NCBI GenBank assembly: GCA_044866005.1
Contig: JBIOTN010000073.1
Span: 1-35,208, forward strand
Direction: 5' to 3'
DNA length: 35,208 bases
Origin: Candidatus Rokuibacteriota bacterium
GTDB lineage: Bacteria > Methylomirabilota > Methylomirabilia > Rokubacteriales > DASRDR01
Shown: piece after piece, positions 14,764 through 24,607 of the stretch
Numbering within the stretch: the first letter of the stretch is position 1
Layout: the number at the start of each line of letters is the position of its first letter
Notes under the pieces: generated by a model
What the model was told of the DNA's origin: nothing
Databases searched by the model: none
The model's input: the letters and a program-made list of their open reading frames with translations, nothing else
Translations under genes and position numbers: made by a program

Positions 14764-16494
14764 TCAGCGGCCGAGATTCGCGCCCACGTAGCCTTCGCGC
14801 TCGAGGTGGAGGATGATCTGCTGCGCGGCCTCTTCGGGCGTCAGGTCGGTCGTGTCGATGACCACCTCGGCATCCGCGGGGGACTCGTAGGGGTCCGAGA
14901 TCCCGGTGAATTCGCTGAGGAGGCCGGCGCGGGCCTTCGCGTAGAGCCCCTTCCGGTCCCGCTGCTCGCATACCGGGAGCGGCGTCGCGACGTGTACCAG
15001 CACGAAGCCGCCGAGCGGCTCGATCATGGCGCGCAATTCTTTCCGCACCGCGTCGTAGGGCGCGATGGGCGCGCAGATCGCGATGCCGCCGTTCTTGGTG
15101 ATCTCGGAGGCGACGAACCCGATCCGCCGGATGTTGATGTCGCGGTGCTCCTTGGAGAACCCGAGCTCGGACGAGAGATGCTTCCGGACGATGTCGCCGT
15201 CGAGGAGGGTCACCGGGCGGCCCCCCATCTCGAGGAACTTGACGAGGAGCACGTTGGCGATGGTCGACTTCCCCGCGCCGGAGAGTCCCGTGAAGAAGAG
15301 GGTGAATCCCTGGCTGTGCCGGGGCGGGTGCCGCCGCTGGAGCTCCTGCGCCACCTCGGGAAAGGTAAACCAGCGCGGGATCTCCCGGCCGTCCGCCAGA
15401 CGCCGGCGCAGCTCGGTGCCGGAGAGGTTGAGGGCCCGCGCCCCGGCCGGCACCTCGTCCTCCGGCACGTAGCGGTCCCGGTCTTCCAGGTACACCATCA
15501 TGCGGAACGGCACCATGGTGACCCCGAGCTCCGTCTCGTGCTTGTGCAGGAGCTCCTGGGCGGCGTAGGGCTCGTAGAACGGCGTCCCGCCGCCGTCGCT
15601 GCCCGGGCCGGCGTGGTCCCGGCCCACGATGAAGTGGCTGCAGCCGTGGTTCTTCCGGATGATGGCGTGCCACACCGCCTCGCGCGGCCCCGCCATGCCC
15701 ATGGCGAGCGGCAGGAGGGCGAGCTTGACCGTGTGGAGCGGGTAACGGGACAGGAGCGCCTGGTAACAGCGCACCCGCGTGTAGTGGTCCACGTCCCCCG
15801 GCCGCGTCATGCCCACGACCGGATGGATCAAGAGGTTCGCCTCGACCTCCTTGGCCGCCCGGAGGGTCAGCTCCTGGTGTGCCCGGTGCATGGGGTTCCG
15901 GGTCTGGAAGGCGACGATCCGCCGCCAGCCGAGGCGGGCGAACTCGCCGCGCAGCTCGGCGGGGGTCAGCCGCAACGTGCGGAAGTCGTAGTGCGCCGGC
16001 AGCTGGACGGCCTCGAGCCGGCCGCCGACGGCCCAGGGGTGTGTGCGGTCGAGGAGGTGGGCGACGCCGGGGTGCTCGCGGCTCGTGGTCCCGTAGACGG
16101 CCTCGGCCTCCGCCCGCCGGTCGGGCCGCCATACCTCCGCCACGTGGAGCGCGGCGAGCATCACGCCCTCGGGGTCGCGCAGCGCCAGCGTGGTCCCCGC
16201 GCCGAGCGCGCGCGCGAACTCCTCCGGCACGTCCAGGACGATGGGGATCGGCCAGAGCGTCCCGTCCGCGAGACGCATCGAGCCGCACACGGCCTCGGCT
16301 TCCGCGCGCGTCATGAAACCCCGCAAGGGGGAAAAGCCCCCGTTCGCCAGGAGCTCCAGGTCGCACTGCTGTCGCGGAGTCAGGCTCCAGGAGGGCCAGT
16401 CCCGTGACGCGGCCGCGAGCGCGCCGGCGCGCTCGGCGTCGACGAGCAGGTTGACGAGGGTCCCTCCGTGAGGAGTGATCAGGTGTTCACGCAC
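14764..16494 (-). CDS. sat-cysC: Bifunctional sulfate adenylyltransferase / adenylylsulfate kinase (PAPS synthase), 576 aa
   Basis: True start is GTG 16494 after GGAGG. Sat part: PHGG.LV, DLELL.NGGFSPL.GFM, FQTRNPMHRAH, HFIVGRDHAG, SGTELR. CysC part: FFTGLSGAGKST, LLDGD.VR, RDRKGLYAKARAG, FTGISDPYE. Confidence 0.96.
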   Translation of the reverse strand: MREHLITPHGGTLVNLLVDAERAGALAAASRDWPSWSLTPRQQCDLELLANGGFSPLRGFMTRAEAEAVCGSMRLADGTLWPIPIVLDVPEEFARALGAGTTLALRDPEGVMLAALHVAEVWRPDRRAEAEAVYGTTSREHPGVAHLLDRTHPWAVGGRLEAVQLPAHYDFRTLRLTPAELRGEFARLGWRRIVAFQTRNPMHRAHQELTLRAAKEVEANLLIHPVVGMTRPGDVDHYTRVRCYQALLSRYPLHTVKLALLPLAMGMAGPREAVWHAIIRKNHGCSHFIVGRDHAGPGSDGGGTPFYEPYAAQELLHKHETELGVTMVPFRMMVYLEDRDRYVPEDEVPAGARALNLSGTELRRRLADGREIPRWFTFPEVAQELQRRHPPRHSQGFTLFFTGLSGAGKSTIANVLLVKFLEMGGRPVTLLDGDIVRKHLSSELGFSKEHRDINIRRIGFVASEITKNGGIAICAPIAPYDAVRKELRAMIEPLGGFVLVHVATPLPVCEQRDRKGLYAKARAGLLSEFTGISDPYESPADAEVVIDTTDLTPEEAAQQIILHLEREGYVGANLGR

Positions 16495-17672
16495 GCGTGA
16501 GTCCTCCCGCAGTTGTGTCGTAAGAGCGTGGTGTAGAGTCGGTCGATGTCGGACAGGAGCCGCTCGGCGCCGAACGCGGGAAAGACCCGCTTCCGGCCCG
16601 CCAGGCCGAGCGTCTGCCGTCGTTCGGGGTTCGCGAGCAGGTCGCGGATCGCCTCGGCCAGAGCGGGCCCGTCCGCGGGCGGGACGAGGCACCCCGTCAC
16701 GCCGTCCTCGACGAGGTCCGGGACGCCGCCGACGCGGGTCGAGACCACGGGGCGCGCGGCCGCCATCGCCTCGATCAGCGAGACCGGGGAGCCCTCGTTG
16801 CGGGAGCTCAGCACGGCCACGTCGAGATCCGCGTAGACCCGCTCGAGGTCCCGGCGCCAGCCCAGGAAGCGGACGCGCCCGCCGAGCCCGAGGCGGCCGG
16901 CCTCCGCCTCGAGGGCCGGTCGCCGCTCCCCGTCCCCGATCACGAGGAAGCGCGCCTCGGGCACGGTGCGGGCGACGCCCGCGGCGGCGGCGAGGAAGAC
17001 CTCGTGCGCCTTGACCGGCACGAGCCGCGCGACGATCCCCACGAGCGGCACCCCGGGGGCCAGGCCCAGCTCGGCGCGGAGCTCGCCCCGCGCCCGCTCG
17101 GCGTGGAGGAAGCGCTCCAGGTCGAGCCCGAGCGGCACGACCGCGAACCGCTCGGCCGTGCCGATGCCGCGCGCGAGCAGCTCGGCCGCCACCGTCTCGC
17201 TGACCGCGATGAGGCGATCGCTCCGCCGGGCCAGCCACCGCTCGATGGCGACGAACAGGCGGCTCACGGCGGGCGTGAAGTAGCCGTGGAGCACGTGGCC
17301 GTGGTAGGTGTGCACGACGACCGGCACCTTCGCCAGCACGGCGGCCAGACGGCCGAGCGTCCCGGCCTTGGCCGTGTGGGTGTGGACCACGTGCGGCGCG
17401 AAGTCCCGGATGAGCCGGGTGAGCTGAACGAGCGCCGCGAGGTCGTGCCCGCCCCGGATCTCCCGGCCCAGCGCGGGCAGGACGTGCAACCCCTCGAGCG
17501 GCCGGCCACGGAGCGCGAGATAGTTGCCCTCGCCGGCCGCTTCCGTCCCGGCGACGAGCCGGGTCTCGTAGCGCTCCGGAACGAGTCGCTCCGTGAGGAG
17601 GGTCGCGTGGAGCGCCGGGCCGCCGACGTTGAGCCGCGCGATGACCCGCAGCACCCGGATACGCTCGCTCAC
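16479..17672 (-). CDS. GT4 glycosyltransferase
   Basis: RVIARLNVGGPA, HTHTAKAG, HTYHGH, VARLVPVK, SSRNEGSPVSLIEAMAA (EX7E). Confidence 0.92.
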   Translation of the reverse strand: MSERIRVLRVIARLNVGGPALHATLLTERLVPERYETRLVAGTEAAGEGNYLALRGRPLEGLHVLPALGREIRGGHDLAALVQLTRLIRDFAPHVVHTHTAKAGTLGRLAAVLAKVPVVVHTYHGHVLHGYFTPAVSRLFVAIERWLARRSDRLIAVSETVAAELLARGIGTAERFAVVPLGLDLERFLHAERARGELRAELGLAPGVPLVGIVARLVPVKAHEVFLAAAAGVARTVPEARFLVIGDGERRPALEAEAGRLGLGGRVRFLGWRRDLERVYADLDVAVLSSRNEGSPVSLIEAMAAARPVVSTRVGGVPDLVEDGVTGCLVPPADGPALAEAIRDLLANPERRQTLGLAGRKRVFPAFGAERLLSDIDRLYTTLLRHNCGRTHACVNT

Positions 17673-18886
17673 GGTCGACCGACCGCCTCGCCCGGCAGCC
17701 GCTGGGCCGTCGGGTCCGTCGCGCCCAGGACGTCGTCGTATACGGCTTCGGTCGCGCGGACCATCCGCTCGACCGTGAACTCCCGGCAGACCCGGAGCCG
17801 TCCGGCCTCGCCCATCCGCATCCGGAGCTCAGGCGCCCGCAGGAGGGCGTCGATCGCCTCGACCAGCGCGCCGCCATCGCGCGGCGGGACCAGCAGGCCC
17901 GTCTCGCCATCGGCCACGATCTCGGGGATCGCGCTCACGCGCGAGGCGACGACGCTCTTCCTCGCGGCCATGGCCTCGAGCAGCACGAGCCCGAAGCCCT
18001 CCCACAAGGTCGGCTGCACGTAGACGTCGGCCGCGTCGAGGACATCCGGAACGTCGCGCCGCCAGCCCGTGAAGGTGGTCTCGCCGGGGAGTCCGATCCG
18101 CCGCGCGTGCGCCACCAGACGATCCCGCAGAGGGCCGTCGCCGACGACGAGGAGGCGCGACCGCGGGTGCCTCGCGGCGATGCCCGGCCACGCGTCCAGG
18201 AGGTAGCGGTGGCCTTTCTCCTCGATCAGTCGCCCCACGGTGACGACCAGCGGGGCATCCGGCGGGATGCCGAGCTCCGCGCGGATGCGGGGCCCGTCGC
18301 CGCGCGGCCGGGGCGCGAGGCCGTAGTGGATCGTCGTGACCTTCCCCCGCGGCATCCCGCCCGCGCCGTGGGCGAGATCGGCCAGGTGGCGCGAGATCGT
18401 GATGACGCGGCTACAGCGTCGGTCGGCGGCCCGGACCAGCGCGGCGAGCCAGCGACTTCGTCGGAACATGCCCTCGTTGTGCTTGGTCGACACGACGGGC
18501 CGGACGCCGGCCAGGCGTCCCGCGAGCCCTCCGTACAGATCGCCGTGGACGAGGTGGGTGTGGAGGAGCTCGTATTTCTCCCGGCGCAGGAGTCGGTAGA
18601 TCGCCGCGAGACAGGCCGGGTCCACGTCCGCGCGGATCACGATCCGGCGCGTCCTCACGCCGGCGTCGGCCAGGCGCCGGAAGTACTCCTCGACGGGGTT
18701 CTCTGGCGAGACGAGGATCAGGAAGGTGACGTCGAACCGCCGGCGATCGAGCGCCGGGAGCAGGCTGAGCAGGTGCGTCTCCGATCCCGCGATGCTCTTC
18801 ACCTTCTGGACGTGCAGGACCCGCCGCGCCCCGGCCATGGCCTCGGGCCGAGCCCCCGTCGTCTCCACGCCGGGTCCGTCCGTCAT
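17669..18886 (-). CDS. GT4 glycosyltransferase (405 aa)
   Basis: ATG 18886 overlaps the upstream TGA. IAGSETHL, HTHL, VGRLIEEKG, WEGFGLVLLEAMAA, ETGLLVPP. Confidence 0.9.
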   Translation of the reverse strand: MTDGPGVETTGARPEAMAGARRVLHVQKVKSIAGSETHLLSLLPALDRRRFDVTFLILVSPENPVEEYFRRLADAGVRTRRIVIRADVDPACLAAIYRLLRREKYELLHTHLVHGDLYGGLAGRLAGVRPVVSTKHNEGMFRRSRWLAALVRAADRRCSRVITISRHLADLAHGAGGMPRGKVTTIHYGLAPRPRGDGPRIRAELGIPPDAPLVVTVGRLIEEKGHRYLLDAWPGIAARHPRSRLLVVGDGPLRDRLVAHARRIGLPGETTFTGWRRDVPDVLDAADVYVQPTLWEGFGLVLLEAMAARKSVVASRVSAIPEIVADGETGLLVPPRDGGALVEAIDALLRAPELRMRMGEAGRLRVCREFTVERMVRATEAVYDDVLGATDPTAQRLPGEAVGRP

Positions 18887-20073
18887 GCGCCCGCCGCCTG
18901 GACCTTCGCCACGAACTCGAGGATCCGCCGCGCCCGCTCGTCCCACGTGTACTGCCTCACGTCGCGGAAGGCCTGGTCGGCGAGCCGGGAGGCCAGCGTC
19001 GCGTCGTCGAGCACGGACTTCACGCCGGTGGCGAGGGCCATCGGGTCGTCGGGCGCCACCAGCACCGCGTTCCGTCCGGGCGTGAGGACCGCCCGCAAGG
19101 ACGGCAGGTCCGAGGCGACGATGGGGCGACGGGCGGCCATGTACTCGAAGAGCTTCAGCGGCGAGGTGTACGAGGCCGAGATGGGCTTCGATGCCGAGTT
19201 CGGCAGGACGAGGATGTCGGCCGCCGCGAGATATTCGCGAACGCGGGTCGGGGCGACGAACCCCTCGAAGCGCACGTTCGCGAGCCCCTCCACCTCCGTC
19301 AGGCGCTTGGTGCGCTCGACATGGTGCTCCATCCCGCCGACGATCAGCAGGAGCGTGTCGGGGTCGAGGTGCCGGGCGCTCCGCACGAGCGTCGTGACTC
19401 CCTTCCACGCGAACAGCTGACCCGTGTAGCAGACGACCTTCCGGTCGAGGGGAATCCCGAGCCGCTGCCGCGCCTCCGCCCTCTCGATGGGCTCGTCGGA
19501 CCGCCCGAGATCGACGCCGTCGGCGGCGACGAGAATCCGCTCCGGCCGCACGCCCGCCGCCGCATACAGGTCCCGGAGCGAGGGGGTGATGACGACGAGG
19601 CCCAGAAAGCGGCGCCGGAGCCGCGCCAACCCGCTCGAGGCCCCGTGGGCTTCGAAGAAGATCGGCGTCGGGATGAGCCGTCGCAGCACCGTCAACAGCA
19701 TCAGCGAATACCGGTCCCGGCTGTAGATCAGCTCTCGCTGACCGGAGCGACGGAAGAGCAGCCAGACGCACACCGCGAACGCATAGGAGATCGCCTGGAC
19801 GTACAGGCGGAGGCGCGTCCTGGGGCGGCGGAACAGCGCCCGGGGCCACACGGGGTCGAGGCTCGGCAGCGTCTTGATCTGGAAGGACTTCTCGATGCCG
19901 TAGTACGCCCAGATGTCGTGGACCTCGCCCATGCGCCGCGTCTGAGCCCGGCGCGGATGCGTCAGGATCACGTCCACGCCTTGCCGGGCGAAGGCCTCGG
20001 CCATCTTCATGACCTGGATCCCCTGCGCCTTCTCGGCCGGCAGCCGCGCGTTCGTGACGAGGATCACCCTCAT
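18883..20073 (-). CDS. GT4 glycosyltransferase (SPLKLFEYMA subgroup)
   Basis: MRVILVTNARLPAEKAQGIQVMKMAEAFA, YTGQLFAWKGV, YTSPLKLFEYMAARRPIVASDLP. Confidence 0.9.
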   Translation of the reverse strand: MRVILVTNARLPAEKAQGIQVMKMAEAFARQGVDVILTHPRRAQTRRMGEVHDIWAYYGIEKSFQIKTLPSLDPVWPRALFRRPRTRLRLYVQAISYAFAVCVWLLFRRSGQRELIYSRDRYSLMLLTVLRRLIPTPIFFEAHGASSGLARLRRRFLGLVVITPSLRDLYAAAGVRPERILVAADGVDLGRSDEPIERAEARQRLGIPLDRKVVCYTGQLFAWKGVTTLVRSARHLDPDTLLLIVGGMEHHVERTKRLTEVEGLANVRFEGFVAPTRVREYLAAADILVLPNSASKPISASYTSPLKLFEYMAARRPIVASDLPSLRAVLTPGRNAVLVAPDDPMALATGVKSVLDDATLASRLADQAFRDVRQYTWDERARRILEFVAKVQAAGA

Positions 20074-20104
20074 CGGGCCAGACCTTCCCCTCGCACTCCG
20101 GCCC

Positions 20105-21187
20105 TCACCCCTGCACGTGCTCCAAAAGCTTCCCCACCAGGCCATCGAGGCTATGGTGCGTCACCACGAGCTCCCGCAGCGTCGCCGCCAGATCCCGGCG
20201 CGCCGGACTGTCCAGCGCGGCGATTCGCTCGATCCGGTCCGCGAGCCCCTGCACGTCCCTCGGCGCGACGAGGGAGATCTCCGCGAGCGGGCGGAGCAGC
20301 CGCGAGAATGCTTCGTTGGAGGTGACGACGGGGCAGCCACACGCCATGGCCTCGAGCACCGCCTTGTCGAGGCTTCCCGTCCCCGAGGTGTTCACGAACA
20401 CGTCCGCCGACTGGTAGACCGCGTGGACCCGGTCGTGCGAGATGGCGGGACGAAAGCTCACCTGCTCCTCGACCCTCGCCTCCCGCACCAGCCGGCGGAG
20501 CGTCTCGCGGTACCCGGCCTGGCTCGGCAGGCCGAGGTCTCCGACGATGTCGAGATGGACATGCTTGAGGCCACGCTCGTGCGCCAGCAGACCCACCGCC
20601 TGGATCGGCGTCTCCAGCTGCTTGATCGGCGAGATCCTCCCCACGGTCACGAGCCGGAGGCCCGGCGGGCCGTCACGGTCCGGCGGCCTCTCCGTCGGCG
20701 CGAACCGCCGGGTGTCGATCCCCTGCCCGACGACCACGACCTTGGGGGACGGAAGTCGGAAGCCCTCCTCGGACGAGGTGAGCACTTTCTCCGAGACCGC
20801 CAGCATCGCTCGCGTCTTCCAGGTGACGGTCTTGTGGGCATACCAGCTGACGACGGGCTTCCGGCACAGCCGCGCCCACGGCGACACGGCCAGCGCGTAG
20901 GCGGGGTTCTGATGACAGAAGACGGCGTCCGCCCGCGGGACCAGCCGCGCGGCGAGCCGCTGGAACGTCCAGAACCGACGCCACCGCGGCACGCCGAGCT
21001 CCTTCTTCAACGAAAAGACCCCCACGTGCGGCAGGCCGTCGGCGTTCCCCCGCTCCAGGCAGATCACCGAGAGCTTCCCGCCCCCACGGGCCAGTCGGGC
21101 GCCCACCGCGTTCGCCCACTCGTACCCGTGACCGGCCAGCCAATCCTCGCGGTCGATCCGCCGCGTGATCATCAGCAGGTGATTCAC
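20105..21187 (-). CDS. GT4 glycosyltransferase (360 aa), paralog of 21184-22266
   Basis: GTG 21187 overlaps the upstream stop. HLLMITRRIDRED, GIDT.RF, VGRISPIK, TGSLDKAVLEAMAC. Confidence 0.9.
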   Translation of the reverse strand: MNHLLMITRRIDREDWLAGHGYEWANAVGARLARGGGKLSVICLERGNADGLPHVGVFSLKKELGVPRWRRFWTFQRLAARLVPRADAVFCHQNPAYALAVSPWARLCRKPVVSWYAHKTVTWKTRAMLAVSEKVLTSSEEGFRLPSPKVVVVGQGIDTRRFAPTERPPDRDGPPGLRLVTVGRISPIKQLETPIQAVGLLAHERGLKHVHLDIVGDLGLPSQAGYRETLRRLVREARVEEQVSFRPAISHDRVHAVYQSADVFVNTSGTGSLDKAVLEAMACGCPVVTSNEAFSRLLRPLAEISLVAPRDVQGLADRIERIAALDSPARRDLAATLRELVVTHHSLDGLVGKLLEHVQG

Positions 21188-22266
21188 GACTGGAACGCCC
21201 CGACGATCTTCCCGATCAGGCGGTCGAGCCCGTGCTGCGTGACCACGAACGCCCGCAACCGCGCGGTCATGGCCCTCCGGGTCGCGGCATCCAGCGCCCA
21301 GAGCCGCTCGATCCGCTCGGCCAGGCCCAGGGGGTCGCCGGGAGCCGCGCACAGGAGCTCCTCGAAGGGCCGCAGCGACGGCCGGAACGCCTCGTTCGAC
21401 GTGATGACCGGACACTCGCACGCCATGGCCTCCAGGACGGCCTTGTCCAGGCTCCCCGTGTGCGAGACGTTGACGAAGAGGTCCGCACTCTGATACACGC
21501 CCTGGACCACGTCGTGGGGAACGGGCCCGCGGAAGCGGACGTACGGGGTCAAGCGCGCCCCGTCCACCAGCCGCTGCAACGAACCCCGGTAGTCGGCGTC
21601 TTTCGCACGGCCGACGTCTCCGACGATGTCGAGCCGGACGTCGTCCCGACGCCGCTCGTGCACCAGGACCTGGAGCGCCCGGATCACGGTCTCCAGATCC
21701 TTCACCGGCGAGATCCTGCCGACCGTGACGATGTTGAGGCCGGGCGTCTGCCGCTCTCCGGGTCCCGCCCGAGTCGTCGGACGGAACCGGTCCGTGTCGA
21801 TCCCGTGACCCACCGCCGCGACCTTCGGCGACGGAAGCCGGAAGCTCTCCTCGGAGGCCGTGAGCACCTTGCGCGACACGGCCAGCATGGCTCTCGTCTT
21901 CCAGGTCACGGCCTTGTGCGTATACCAGCTGATGATCTGCTTTCCATACAGGCGCGCCCAGGGAAAGACGGCCAGCGCGTACAGCGCGCTCTGATGGCAG
22001 AAGACGCCGTCGACGTCCTTGACGATCCTCGCCGCGATGCGGTGGAACCGCCAGATCCGCCGCAGCTTCCCGGCCCCGACCTCCTTCTTCAACGAGTACA
22101 CCGCCACGTGCTCCAGGCCCTCCACCCGCCTCCGGTCCCAACAGATCACGGCGAGCCTGCCATCCTCGGCTCGGAGCCGCCTGGCGAGCGCGTTCGCCCA
22201 CTCGTAGCTGTGTCCCCGCGCCGGGTCCCGCAGATCCATCTTGCGCGTGATCATCAACAGATCCAT
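21184..22266 (-). CDS. GT4 glycosyltransferase (360 aa), paralog of 20105-21187
   Basis: MDLLMITRKMDLRD, HGIDTDRF, VGRISPVK, TGSLDKAVLEAMAC. Confidence 0.9.
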   Translation of the reverse strand: MDLLMITRKMDLRDPARGHSYEWANALARRLRAEDGRLAVICWDRRRVEGLEHVAVYSLKKEVGAGKLRRIWRFHRIAARIVKDVDGVFCHQSALYALAVFPWARLYGKQIISWYTHKAVTWKTRAMLAVSRKVLTASEESFRLPSPKVAAVGHGIDTDRFRPTTRAGPGERQTPGLNIVTVGRISPVKDLETVIRALQVLVHERRRDDVRLDIVGDVGRAKDADYRGSLQRLVDGARLTPYVRFRGPVPHDVVQGVYQSADLFVNVSHTGSLDKAVLEAMACECPVITSNEAFRPSLRPFEELLCAAPGDPLGLAERIERLWALDAATRRAMTARLRAFVVTQHGLDRLIGKIVGAFQS

Positions 22267-22323
22267 GTCCCGTCCGCGGGAATCAGGAGGCGTCTTCGAT
22301 CCGGGTCCGACCGCGTCAGCTCA

Positions 22324-23502
22324 TCAGGGGCGCCGGCCCGCCGCCCCCTCGCGCTCGCCGGCGCCACATATCGCCCGCCAGAACTCCACGATCTTCTCCG
22401 TGTTGTTGCCGACGATCTGGCGGACCAGCGTCCGGCCGTTCTCCCCCATCGTCGTGGCTCTCGCCGGATCCGCCAGGAGCTCCAGGATCCGCGCCGCCAG
22501 CGCATGAGGATCCCCGATGGGCGCCACGAACCCGTTGTAGCCGTCGCGGATGATCTCCTGCGCTCCGCTCGTCGCGGTCGAGATGGTGGGCCGCCCACAG
22601 GCATTGGCTTCGACCAGCACTTTCGAATACCCTTCCGACGTCGACGTGAGCACCGCGAGATACGAGGCGTAATAGTACGCGGGCAGCTGGGGGGCGTCCA
22701 CCATGCCGGCCCCCAGGACTTCCACCTCCCTGGAGAGCCCGAGCCGGTAGGCCTCGTGGGCCGTGTAGTTTCCGACCAGGCAGAGCGTGGCGGCGCGGCT
22801 CCGCTCGTGCACCAGGTTCATCGTCCGGAACAGGGTGTCGAAGTCCTTGACCCGGTCCTTCCGGCCGACCATCACGATCATCTTCGTGCCGTCCGAGGGC
22901 GAGAGACGCTCGATGAGCTCGCGGTTCTCCCGGCTCTCCACCGGAAAGCGCTCGAATCGGCCGATGTCGACCGGCGTGGGGATCACGCGCACCTTGTCCG
23001 GATCGATCCCCGCGCTCACCAGCTTCCGCTTCAGCGCCTGGCTGACGACGCGGACCCCGTCGGCGCGCGGCACGAGCAGGTGCGACCCGACGAGCAGGAC
23101 GCGGTTGTACCAGCGCTCCTTGAGCCACCAGGGATTCCCCCAGAAGTCGCCGTGGAAGTTGACCTGCAGCTGGAGGCCCAGCCGTCTCTTGAGGAGGAAC
23201 CCCACGAGCCCGGCGAGAAACGGGTTCTGGGCGACGACCAGGTCAATGGGGCGCTCGTGGTGCAGGCGTGTGGCGATCCGCAGCGCATCGGAGACGAAGG
23301 CGAGCTTGTTGGCCGAGTTCGTGGGATGACCCGTGACGTTCGGCGAAATCACGTACGGCGAGAGCGCCTCTCGCCTGGTGGTGGCGACGATGATGTCCAG
23401 CGCCTCGATGTGCCGGCCGTACTCCCGGTGCCGCGTCACCGCATCGCCGAATCCCACGCCGCCCACGAGGGTCTTGTCGAACCCGATGTTCAGGACTCTC
23501 AT
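22324..23502 (-). CDS. GT4 glycosyltransferase (392 aa)
   Basis: ATG 23502 after GGAGG. MRVLNIGFDK, VGRKDRVK, STSEGYSKVLVEANACGRP, DGYNGF. Confidence 0.9.
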   Translation of the reverse strand: MRVLNIGFDKTLVGGVGFGDAVTRHREYGRHIEALDIIVATTRREALSPYVISPNVTGHPTNSANKLAFVSDALRIATRLHHERPIDLVVAQNPFLAGLVGFLLKRRLGLQLQVNFHGDFWGNPWWLKERWYNRVLLVGSHLLVPRADGVRVVSQALKRKLVSAGIDPDKVRVIPTPVDIGRFERFPVESRENRELIERLSPSDGTKMIVMVGRKDRVKDFDTLFRTMNLVHERSRAATLCLVGNYTAHEAYRLGLSREVEVLGAGMVDAPQLPAYYYASYLAVLTSTSEGYSKVLVEANACGRPTISTATSGAQEIIRDGYNGFVAPIGDPHALAARILELLADPARATTMGENGRTLVRQIVGNNTEKIVEFWRAICGAGEREGAAGRRP

Positions 23503-23557
23503 GGGCCCTCCACGGCCGTCGCGGCCCGTCAGGCGGCGGCCCCCGGGCGGCACGACA

Positions 23558-24601
23558 TCAGGCCGGACTCGCCAGGACACGCCCGAGCAGCCTGATCATC
23601 CCGTGGACGACGGATGGTCCGCCCGCGCTCACGGCGAAATCGCGAAAATATCCGATCTTCTCGACTTGCCGGATGGCCCACACGTCGTAGAGCCCGTCCC
23701 GGGCCCCGTAGCTCACACCAGGGTCTCCCGGGGTCGAGGCGACGATCAGCTCCATCAGGCCGCGAATCTTCAGGGAATCCATCAATGACCCCTGGCCGGC
23801 CGAGCCGCTCATGTGTGCGAAGTACGCTTCGTCCAGCGAATCGCGAGGGTGGGCTTCGCCGTTCAGCGCCAGACCCGCGTACCGGCCGGCGTCCAGGCGG
23901 TACCCGATCCGATGGACGTCCTCGCCCTCCAGCCCGTAATCCGCGATCGCGCCGGTCTCGCCGACGATCAGAAACCGCCCCACGCCGTAGTCTCGCGGCT
24001 CGACGAGCGTGGCGGTGATCCCTCCCGGCAAACGAACGCGCTTCTCCATGAACCGCCGTGCCCACCGGTGCTGCGTGATCGCCGACACGTGGCGGGCGCC
24101 GGTCAGCTGCTTCAACATGGCCAACGCGTGGTGCTTGTACCCGCTGTGCAACAGCTGGATCTGCTTGATCCGGCCGATCCGGTGCTGCTCGACGAGACGC
24201 CTGGCGAGGCGGATCGGCGGCAGGGCGAAGTTGTCTTCCGAGACCACGACCCGCCGAAATCTGGAAAAGTGCCGCTGGGCCCCGAGGTGCCGGGGCGGGA
24301 GCACGGGCGTGTCCAGCATCAGCGTGATGTGCCGGGTATCCCGTCGCGCGAGCGCTCCCAGCAGCGACGCCACCCGCTCCGGCGGGATCGCGACGATGAT
24401 CACGTCGATCGACCCGAAATCGATGCCGTCGAGCGACGTCGTCGTCGTGAGCTCGAAGCCGCCACCGACGACGAGCCGCTTCACCGAACGGGAATAGATC
24501 CCCGCCAGGGTGACGTGTTTTTCCAGACAGTAGAGCGCCGGCAGGACCACGCTTTCCGCCCGCTTTCCCGCACCGACGAGGAGGACGTTACGTCTCGACA
24601 C
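23558..24601 (-). CDS. Gfo/Idh/MocA-like NAD(P)-dependent oxidoreductase (divergent)
   Basis: Rossmann start VLLVGAGKRA, LAGIYSRS, IDVIIVAIP. DTPV sits where EKP is usual. IGRIKQI and HHALAML follow. Confidence 0.6.
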   Translation of the reverse strand: MSRRNVLLVGAGKRAESVVLPALYCLEKHVTLAGIYSRSVKRLVVGGGFELTTTTSLDGIDFGSIDVIIVAIPPERVASLLGALARRDTRHITLMLDTPVLPPRHLGAQRHFSRFRRVVVSEDNFALPPIRLARRLVEQHRIGRIKQIQLLHSGYKHHALAMLKQLTGARHVSAITQHRWARRFMEKRVRLPGGITATLVEPRDYGVGRFLIVGETGAIADYGLEGEDVHRIGYRLDAGRYAGLALNGEAHPRDSLDEAYFAHMSGSAGQGSLMDSLKIRGLMELIVASTPGDPGVSYGARDGLYDVWAIRQVEKIGYFRDFAVSAGGPSVVHGMIRLLGRVLASPA

Positions 24602-24607
24602 GGTGCG

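Noticed and set aside
14764..17910. Apparent 1048-aa Sat-CysC with a long N-terminal extension
   Set aside because: The extension is an Arg/Pro/Gly-rich off-frame reading of GT4 genes. A GGAGG-preceded GTG at 16494 gives a normal-sized protein.
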